From a virus, in the IMG/VR virus record IMGVR_UViG_3300017971_007885, positions 1 to 64,000 of that record: a stretch of DNA of 64,000 nucleotides; one strand, given 5' to 3'. The notes below the pieces were generated by a model. It did not search any database, was not told the origin of the DNA, and worked only from the letters and a program-made list of their open reading frames with translations. The translations under genes and the position numbers were made by a program. This document shows positions 56,911 through 64,000 of this stretch, piece by piece; within the stretch, counting starts at the first letter, position 1; each line of letters opens with the position of its first letter.

Positions 56911-58410
56911 ATGTCAACAACCGTTGATCAAACAACTATCCAAAGGGGGTTTCAAACCCCATTCCTAAAGATCCATCCTTCCATCGATCCATACGAGTAC
57001 ACGGGCGATTGTTCACGGCTTCAAGGCGTAACAAAACCCCTTGGCGATGTGGAACACACGGAATGTATGGATGCAACCCAGGCCACGGGCTTCCGGGAAG
57101 ACTCGGAGATCGTCTCACGGCCAGGATCCACCACGGGCACCATGGTGATGAAGAAGAGTATTGTCAATGCGATCAAGGCTGAACTCTGGGCAGATTGCAG
57201 ATGGAACATTGACATTAGGCTTCAGCTAGAGGGTACCGGCTCCAGGTCCGATCAAATGAACTGGAACGCAATCGATCGGTATATCCGGTCCAAGTACACC
57301 GAGTATGCTACTGACGACGAAACGGTATACACTCGGGACGATCAAGGCGAAGTCTTGATCACGATGCCCTTTAGTGCGCCGCCTTTGTCGTTTTACAACA
57401 TCCGCAAGCTGGATGCCCAATTGATCGATACTGACAAGGCCGGAAACATCACATGTATAACGTGGCTTGCCCATGAAGAGTGCCCCAGTGTCAACGGGCC
57501 GGCCGTGGGGTGCAAGATGGCTGTGGGAACGGCTGACATCGGTGGTAACCCACAGGTAGGATTATCAAGCGACGGTGGCCAAACCTGGACTTGGTTTACC
57601 TTTGATGGCACGAACAACACGCCAACGTGGACCAACCCGATTACTGGAATCAGCGGGATCGATGACTTGATCGTGGTGGTCAGTGCGGCGGAAGGGTCAC
57701 ATGCGTATTCCACAGACGGCGGAACCACGTGGGCGGAAGTCACGCTTGCCGACTATGCCGCCAATGCCCCCCAGGCCGTGGTAGTGCAATCGCCTACAGC
57801 TATATGGATTGCCGGTGCCAACGGGTATATCTGGTTCTCGGATGACGGCGCTGTAACAGCAACCACGGCGGACGGTGGGAACCCCGGTGTGGTCACGTCA
57901 AGCAACCTGCTCCGGATCAAGGCGCTATCCGATCGCTTTATCATTGCCGTGGGTGCATCCAATGCCATCGTAAAATCTGAGAACGGCGGCGAAACCTGGA
58001 GCCTGGTTACAGGGCCGGCGGCTCAAGCGGCGGTGCAAGCCAATTCGATCGCAATGTGGGATCAAAACATTTGGCTTGTGGTCTATGAAGACGGCGAGGC
58101 TTACTGGACCGACGATGCCGGAACAACCTGGACCGAGGATACCCAGATCACAGACAAGGCTTTGACGGCGCTCAACGATGTTGCCGTGCATAAAGCGGAA
58201 CGGTATGTGATGGTGGGTGAAGACGGCGATGGTAACGGGATCATTTTGGACAACATCCACGGTGCCCCCGGCAAGTGGGCAGAAATCGCAGAGCCGTCCG
58301 ATGTGCAGGAGCTTTTCCAGGTGATCACGTGTGATCAAAACCTTTGGGTAGCAACCGGCGAAGTCACCTATGTGGGTGCCGAAGGCGCGATCGTTCGAGC
58401 GGTGGCCTAA
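56911..58410 (+). CDS. probable major tail protein with BNR/Asp-box propeller domain
   Basis: GGAGG RBS; directly upstream of chaperones; repeated S.DGG.TW motifs. Confidence 0.6.
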   Translation: MSTTVDQTTIQRGFQTPFLKIHPSIDPYEYTGDCSRLQGVTKPLGDVEHTECMDATQATGFREDSEIVSRPGSTTGTMVMKKSIVNAIKAELWADCRWNIDIRLQLEGTGSRSDQMNWNAIDRYIRSKYTEYATDDETVYTRDDQGEVLITMPFSAPPLSFYNIRKLDAQLIDTDKAGNITCITWLAHEECPSVNGPAVGCKMAVGTADIGGNPQVGLSSDGGQTWTWFTFDGTNNTPTWTNPITGISGIDDLIVVVSAAEGSHAYSTDGGTTWAEVTLADYAANAPQAVVVQSPTAIWIAGANGYIWFSDDGAVTATTADGGNPGVVTSSNLLRIKALSDRFIIAVGASNAIVKSENGGETWSLVTGPAAQAAVQANSIAMWDQNIWLVVYEDGEAYWTDDAGTTWTEDTQITDKALTALNDVAVHKAERYVMVGEDGDGNGIILDNIHGAPGKWAEIAEPSDVQELFQVITCDQNLWVATGEVTYVGAEGAIVRAVA

Positions 58411-58432
58411 GTCCACCTAGAAACGGGAACCA

Positions 58433-58987
58433 ATGTTAGTATCAGAAGCTGAAGCGATCTTGGATGATTTTCAATCGATCGTCAAGTTGTCGTGCGGCGC
58501 GATCGTACTATGCAAAAAAGTGCCGGGATTTTTGCTCCGGGCCTTCCAGCGTAGCCACGTGGAACCAAAACCGCCCAAGAAACCGGTAAAAGTCTTGGGC
58601 GGCATGACAACGATGGAAGAAGATCCAGAGGATCCAGCGTATAAACAAACGATGGACGACTGGACAGCAAAAACAGGCTTTGACTTCCTGGAGATCGCCA
58701 TGGATTATATGGATCTCCTGGACGAAACAAAAGAGCAAGCGACGATCCGGGAACAAAGGCTTGATCGGTACGGCATGGAAAATATCACGCCAAACAGGAT
58801 GGACGTGTTTATATTTTCTGAACAAACAGAAGATACCAATGCCGAGTACATCAAGCTTTTGTGCGATGAAGTCATGCGGTTGAGTACAATTACGCCCCCG
58901 GAGGTGGCTGAAGCCAAGGGCAATTTTCGATCTTCGATGGATGAATCTGCCAGTAACGGATCTCCAGATGCCGAGGACGCATCTTAG
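58433..58987 (+). CDS. tail assembly chaperone (G-like)
   Basis: position between tail tube and tape measure; ends ...KGNFR. Confidence 0.6.
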   Translation: MLVSEAEAILDDFQSIVKLSCGAIVLCKKVPGFLLRAFQRSHVEPKPPKKPVKVLGGMTTMEEDPEDPAYKQTMDDWTAKTGFDFLEIAMDYMDLLDETKEQATIREQRLDRYGMENITPNRMDVFIFSEQTEDTNAEYIKLLCDEVMRLSTITPPEVAEAKGNFRSSMDESASNGSPDAEDAS

Positions 58988-59180
58988 TTATGGCCCTGAA
59001 GGGAAAAGCACTTGGCTTTTGTGTCCGGAACTCTTGAGATGGGAGATCGCCAGGTTTGAAGGTTACCGGCTAGATGAATTTGACGATCTTCCGGGTCCAG
59101 AACAGTCCCGTTGTGCCGCCCGGTTTGAAGTCTACCAGATCAAGGAACGATTACTAGCCGGAGGGTTGCATGGCGGATAA
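58926..59180 (+). CDS. tail assembly chaperone extension (T-like), probably reached by +1 frameshift
   Basis: +1 frame open from 58884; TTT-CGA shift site; W...EFDDLP..EQ..A pattern. Confidence 0.55.
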   Translation, partial: FDLRWMNLPVTDLQMPRTHLSYGPEGKSTWLLCPELLRWEIARFEGYRLDEFDDLPGPEQSRCAARFEVYQIKERLLAGGLHGG

Positions 59181-59210
59181 TGTGCAACCCTTTTTTCACA
59201 TGAGGTAGCC

Positions 59211-59666
59211 ATGAAACGATCGCAATGGTACGGATGGCCAAAAAAGAGGGCGCTTTATAGCCAGGGCGAAGGGCCAGGCGGTGAATGTGTATGCCCAGAG
59301 TGCGGCGCAAAGAAGCCGCATGAAGCAGGGACGCCATGCACAGATGTGCCGTGCCCAAAGTGCGGTACAAAGATGGTCCGGGAAGGGGCGATTATCAACA
59401 AGGCCGCCTATAGCCGGAGCAGGTGCATGATGTGCGACAATCCCCCCCAGATAGATGCCAGGTGGGCGGATGGCCGGGGGCGGGCATGGTTTTGCATCCC
59501 CCACTTCCTAGAGTGGACGCAAAAAGAGCCACGAGAGATCGTACAAGCATGGTTTATCAAAGATGGCCAAGCACCCAAAACTTTGAAGGATCATCCAGGG
59601 GCTAGACTCGGTACAGAGCCGGCCAAGATAGCAAATCGGGCCAGGGAGTTAGCACATGGCGGATAA
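59211..59666 (+). CDS. Cys-rich zinc-ribbon protein
   Basis: GPGGECVCPECG...H..G.PC....CPKCGTKM; CMMC...CIPH. Confidence 0.65.
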   Translation: MKRSQWYGWPKKRALYSQGEGPGGECVCPECGAKKPHEAGTPCTDVPCPKCGTKMVREGAIINKAAYSRSRCMMCDNPPQIDARWADGRGRAWFCIPHFLEWTQKEPREIVQAWFIKDGQAPKTLKDHPGARLGTEPAKIANRARELAHGG

Positions 59667-62600
59667 AATGCGCAAACTTGGGCTAAAAGTGGCGCTTGCC
59701 GGGCTCCAGTCCTACCGATCCGGCATTCAGTCTATCAACAAAGACAACGCCGCAACCAGGCAATCAATGGAAGACGTGGCCCAAGGGAGCCAAAAACTAG
59801 ACTTGGGCATGGCCGCCTTGACCGGCGGAATGCAAGCCCTTGCCGCAAAGGGGATCGAAGTGCTTCTTGGCGGACTGAAGAGGTTGGGCAAAGAGATCTA
59901 TGGCATGGCCTCAGAAGCCGGTGTGGTGGCCGGGCTAAAAGGAGCCTTTGAAGGACTGTCCGCTTCTGTGGGCCTAACCGGTGCAGAAATGCTACAAAAG
60001 TTCAGGGTGGCCACGGGTGGCATGGTGACCATGAAAGATGCTATGATGAGTTTTAACAAGGCCGCCCAGTTGATTAGCACTGATTTTGCCACAATGATCC
60101 CCGATGCTATGGGGCACCTATCCAAGGTGTCTCGGTCAACCGGGGCCAGTCTGGACTATTTGCTTGACTCCTTGGTGATCGGTATTGGCCGCCTATCTCC
60201 TATGATCCTGGACAACTTGAGTATCCAGGTGTCCCTTGCCGAAGCCTCACAACGAGCCGCCGACATGTTTGGCGTGAACACCAAGGCATTATCAAAACAG
60301 CAAAAGCAATTGGGCATGGCCAATATCGTTATGGAAAAGTTGGCCATCAATACGGCGCATATGCCAGGCGTAACCGGCACAACCACGGCACAAATGGCTG
60401 CATTGGGTACAACCTTGAAAGACGTGCGAACAGAGATCGGCCTTCGCTTTTTGCCGGTGTTGAGCGAATGGATGGGCATTGCCAACGCTCTAGCCACTGA
60501 GTTTATGCCAAAACTCATTCCAGCGGCTGAAAAGGTATCTAATGCAGTCATGGGAATGATGACTTGGTTTCAAAAGTTGGTTCCTGTACAGAAAATTGTG
60601 GCCGGTTTATCTGAAGCTTTTGATGCTTTCGTGACCGGGATGCAAACGGCGCTTGCTCCGGCTCTAGAAGTCTGGGGGAACTGGACCGGGATTATCAAAG
60701 CTTACATTGAAAGCATCGTCAATATTTTGACCGGTGGTGGACTGGGGAAGGTGTTTGAAGAACTGCCAGGCAAGATCGAAGCCGCTTTTGCGGTGATCGG
60801 GCCAATAATTGAAGAGGTAACCAAGTACCTGACTTATTTCTTCAGAGTGGCCAGAGATGTTTTTGCAGGAGTTGAAGCCCTTTTGAAGGGGGACACAGAG
60901 CGGGCAACCAAATTTTTTACAAAAGCCTTCAACACAGCCATAGCCACGGTGATCGCCCTATTCAAGCGGCTTGGTGCTCAAGTGATCGAGTGGGGCAAAA
61001 GTCTGATTGCATCCTACAGTAAAGGGATCATTGAAGGGATCAAAGCCTATCTATCCGCCGCTCTTCAATCTGTAGCCAACTTTATCAAATCATTTATGGC
61101 TCCAGGGAGCCCGCCCAAGTTTTTGCCGGATATTGGCACGTGGGGTGCCGGGGCAATGAATGAGTACATCAAGGGCATGGAGCATGCCGATTTTGGTATG
61201 CTGTCTAGTTTTACATCCCAATTCAAAACCGAACTTTCAGGCTTGATCCAGGCCGGTGATTTGGATGCTTCTGCTTTTGCAGATACGTTTTTTGAGCTAC
61301 GTGGCACCGTCATGAAGGTCATGGATGACTTCAAAAAAACCGGCAAGGTTGCAGCGGGGGCATTGGATCCGTTACGCAAAAACTTGGGCAAGACCGGGGA
61401 AGCTTTGGCTGAATTGATCGAGAAACAACTTGCCTTTTCCGCTCTGGATAAGCAGATCGAAGAGCTAGAAAAAGGCTTCAGTGAAGCAATGGATGGAATC
61501 AGCAAAAAGTTCGAGGGCTTGACGGATCAAGAAGAAGCCTTGAATGATGCCTTGATGCCTTTTATCAAAAACCTGGAAAAGCTACGCGCTCAAGAAGTCG
61601 TTGAACTTGACGAATTGAGAGAGATGTTAGACGCCGGAGAAATTGGGCTTGAAGAGTACGAAGATCGGGTCAAGGCTGTAAAAGATCAAACCAGGGAAGC
61701 CGAAAAAGCCTATAATGTGAAGCGAGCAGAGCAGGTAAAATCACGCCAAAATATTCAGGAGCAAAAAGAGGCACTTCAGGACCAGGCCAAAACGCTTCAA
61801 GATGAACGGCGAGAGAAACTAAAAGCTCTTGCTGAAGAAAGAAAAGCTTTGGCTGAAGGGATCACGGCGCTTCAGGACCGGCTTGCGTTCCACCGTGAAA
61901 CGTTGGGCGTGATGAAACAACAAGACCAATTGTTAAAAAAGATGGCTGAAAGGATGCCCAAGGTTGGCGTGGGGGCCGGCCCTAAAGTGGACGGCATGCC
62001 AGCTTTACCAAAGGTTGAAGATTTGCTTGGTGAAGACATGCCCACCGTGCTTGAATCTGTTGACGACTTTAGGAAACGGATGGAAGATCTAGGTAGTCTT
62101 GAGATCGAACCGTTTGATCTCGGGGAACTTTTGCCCGATGTGGAAACAACAAAACGTGAAGTTTCCGCTTGGTTCTCTGCATCTTTGGCCGGCATACAAA
62201 CGGCGGCACAAAATTCGCCTATTGCTCAATGGATCCTGGATGCATTTTTCGTAAAACTCCCTGAAGTAATAAAGGGAATTAGCACGTGGATGGAAAGCAA
62301 TTTTCCTATGGCCTTTTATATGGTACCAAAAATCTTGGAAGAAGTTTTCTCTGGAGATTTTCAAGGTGCCTTGCAATTGGCTATTGATTGGTTCGAGTGG
62401 TTCAAAAGCTATATTGCTATCTGGTGGGCAATGGAGATTGAGCCTAAACTGAAACCATTCAAAGAGTGGTGGGAAAAAACTTGGCCGATCTTGCAAGCGA
62501 TTGCAGTCACGGCATGGAAAGTGATCAGTGATGTTGTCTCGGCGGCGGTGAAAGTGATCGTGGATGATGTTTGGCCAAAACTCCAAGAAGCATGGGATAA

Positions 62601-63717
62601 TTTGAGCGAAGCCCTTGGACTTGGACAGATCACATGGGAAGATACTTGGTATGCGATCAAAACAGCCGTGATGGTGGTCGGGGCCGTTATCGGTGCGGTC
62701 ATTTTGGGAGTGGTGGCCGTGATCGTGGGGCTGGCCAACGCGATCGCTTCCGCTGCACAGACGATCACTAGTGCGATGAGAAACACTAAGGAAGGGTGGA
62801 TCAAAATTTGGGCCGCCATAACAACGTCACTCGAACTTGCCAAAAAGTTCATCTTGGCGATTATCAAAGGTGATTTTGCCCTTGCTTGGGAAACTATGAA
62901 GCAGGGACTCGTAGCAACAAAAATATTCTGGGAAGGTGTTTGGTTGGCCATCAAGGGCGCTTTTGAAGCTTCAATTGGGCTTATTTTGTCGATCATTGGC
63001 GGATTCGTCGAAGGCATAATTGACTTCTTTACTAACCTGTACAAAGACTTGATCGGTGAATCTATCATCACTGATATGCTAACCGATATCTGGACCGCTT
63101 TCACCAAAACGTTCACGGATATTTTGGAGAAGGCGGGGGAATTTGTAACGGGTGTGATTGACTTTTTCAAAGGGCTATTGACTGACCTTGTTGGCGATGA
63201 TGGCACCGTGACCAACATGGCCAAAAAAATCTATGATACGGTTGTCGGCGCTTTTAACGATATCATCAAAACAGCCGGTGAGATGGTGGAAAGCTTCAAG
63301 CAAGTTGGTATAGATATTTTCGCCGGAATTTGGGAAGGTCTAAAAGAAAAGTGGCAGGAAGTCAAAAAGTGGATCTTGGGCCGCTTCAGCAAATTAGGCA
63401 AAGACGTGGAAGACGAAATGGAGATCGAATCTCCAAGCAAGGTGTTCTCCAGAATTGGCGAAAAAATGGCTGAAGGTGTTGAAGTGGGCTTTGGTTTGGA
63501 AGGGCTGGAGAAGAAAGTGTCTATGAGCGTGGCTCCAGCGATCATGATGAGCAAAACCGCCCGACCAATAAGCACATCGAATACAAATAACAACGTTGAC
63601 AGATCGATAGATAGCAGAAACCAAAGCGTAAGCATGCCGGTGACAGTTGTTGATAGCCAGGTGTCGCTTGCTCAATTTAGAGAAACATTCAGACAAATGT
63701 TGACCGAGAGAGGGTAA
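59656..63717 (+). CDS. tape measure protein
   Basis: 1353 aa helical, GRLSPMILDNL, W-spaced repeats, SPSKVF C-terminal motif. Confidence 0.9.
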   Translation: MADKMRKLGLKVALAGLQSYRSGIQSINKDNAATRQSMEDVAQGSQKLDLGMAALTGGMQALAAKGIEVLLGGLKRLGKEIYGMASEAGVVAGLKGAFEGLSASVGLTGAEMLQKFRVATGGMVTMKDAMMSFNKAAQLISTDFATMIPDAMGHLSKVSRSTGASLDYLLDSLVIGIGRLSPMILDNLSIQVSLAEASQRAADMFGVNTKALSKQQKQLGMANIVMEKLAINTAHMPGVTGTTTAQMAALGTTLKDVRTEIGLRFLPVLSEWMGIANALATEFMPKLIPAAEKVSNAVMGMMTWFQKLVPVQKIVAGLSEAFDAFVTGMQTALAPALEVWGNWTGIIKAYIESIVNILTGGGLGKVFEELPGKIEAAFAVIGPIIEEVTKYLTYFFRVARDVFAGVEALLKGDTERATKFFTKAFNTAIATVIALFKRLGAQVIEWGKSLIASYSKGIIEGIKAYLSAALQSVANFIKSFMAPGSPPKFLPDIGTWGAGAMNEYIKGMEHADFGMLSSFTSQFKTELSGLIQAGDLDASAFADTFFELRGTVMKVMDDFKKTGKVAAGALDPLRKNLGKTGEALAELIEKQLAFSALDKQIEELEKGFSEAMDGISKKFEGLTDQEEALNDALMPFIKNLEKLRAQEVVELDELREMLDAGEIGLEEYEDRVKAVKDQTREAEKAYNVKRAEQVKSRQNIQEQKEALQDQAKTLQDERREKLKALAEERKALAEGITALQDRLAFHRETLGVMKQQDQLLKKMAERMPKVGVGAGPKVDGMPALPKVEDLLGEDMPTVLESVDDFRKRMEDLGSLEIEPFDLGELLPDVETTKREVSAWFSASLAGIQTAAQNSPIAQWILDAFFVKLPEVIKGISTWMESNFPMAFYMVPKILEEVFSGDFQGALQLAIDWFEWFKSYIAIWWAMEIEPKLKPFKEWWEKTWPILQAIAVTAWKVISDVVSAAVKVIVDDVWPKLQEAWDNLSEALGLGQITWEDTWYAIKTAVMVVGAVIGAVILGVVAVIVGLANAIASAAQTITSAMRNTKEGWIKIWAAITTSLELAKKFILAIIKGDFALAWETMKQGLVATKIFWEGVWLAIKGAFEASIGLILSIIGGFVEGIIDFFTNLYKDLIGESIITDMLTDIWTAFTKTFTDILEKAGEFVTGVIDFFKGLLTDLVGDDGTVTNMAKKIYDTVVGAFNDIIKTAGEMVESFKQVGIDIFAGIWEGLKEKWQEVKKWILGRFSKLGKDVEDEMEIESPSKVFSRIGEKMAEGVEVGFGLEGLEKKVSMSVAPAIMMSKTARPISTSNTNNNVDRSIDSRNQSVSMPVTVVDSQVSLAQFRETFRQMLTERG

Positions 63718-63721
63718 AGAT

Positions 63722-64000
63722 ATGCCGTCAAACCCATATTCCGGAATGCCAAAGATGTGCTTGCTGTGCACAACTGCCCCCAACGGTAGGCCGATCGATC
63801 TTTTGAATGCTCGTGGCATTTGTATCACAAATCCGCCAGGCTGGACGCCGCAAATTACAACGTTGAAAGGTGGTGGGGTCCGGGTCGGATCGCAAACATT
63901 GGATGATGATTGGCTCGTGGCCGGTGCGTATGGAGCGGTAGGGGAAGCTTTTCCGGTCAGAATCAACGCGGCGGATACCGCTGCAAGGGTACAAGAACTC
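63722..64000 (+). CDS. distal tail/baseplate protein, N-terminal fragment (3' truncated)
   Basis: ATG after tape measure stop, open to the window end (MPSNPYSGMPKMCLLC...). Confidence 0.55.
   Translation, partial: MPSNPYSGMPKMCLLCTTAPNGRPIDLLNARGICITNPPGWTPQITTLKGGGVRVGSQTLDDDWLVAGAYGAVGEAFPVRINAADTAARVQEL

Noticed and set aside
45592-63635. Long minus-strand ORFs (e.g. 45592-46452, 49087-49791, 62409-63224)
   Set aside because: Antisense shadows of well-supported + strand genes.
1-64000. Genome-wide stop codon reassignment
   Set aside because: TGA, TAG and TAA all end genes with tight ATGA/TAATG coupling, and coding density is high under code 11.
1-64000. tRNA (including tRNA-Sec), rRNA, integrase or transposase
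   Set aside because: None recognised by eye; tRNAscan-SE/Aragorn would be needed to exclude tRNAs firmly.

Overview
The window is a 64-kb segment of a tailed dsDNA bacteriophage (siphovirus-like, HK97-type head genes). Almost all genes are on the + strand. Host is uncertain; a Chloroflexota-like host is weakly suggested by the style of the glycoside hydrolase. Gene order: (1) recombination/DNA-metabolism genes (SbcC end, DUF5131, RusA, ParM/ParR-like pair, exonuclease, two DNA methyltransferases); (2) a tandem array of six paralogous HExxH metallopeptidase-like genes with four small partner genes; (3) an orphan-rich accessory region containing a sharp strand-skew flip at about 24.3 kb; (4) radical SAM and PAPS-reductase-family genes; (5) packaging, head and tail modules (terminase, portal-MuF, protease/scaffold, capsid, tail tube, chaperones, tape measure) interspersed with glycosyl-, methyl- and sulfotransferases. 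Highlights: (a) two structural-module genes have an in-frame UGA next to cysteines, followed 10-11 nt later by a bacterial SECIS-like hairpin, i.e. candidate phage selenoproteins; one of them is absent from the ORF track; (b) eleven proteins share an N-terminal SGN[WY]xH-G-rich tag, ten of them behind a short leader ending in [KR]G, that looks like a capsid-loading signal for polymorphic cargo; (c) the motif ATTATCA occurs about 60 times, apparently only on the + strand, in all three frames; (d) a likely +1 frameshift in the tail chaperone; (e) a dispersed CCTG..TACAGGG mini-repeat family. All functional calls come from motif recognition by eye; no searches were run.
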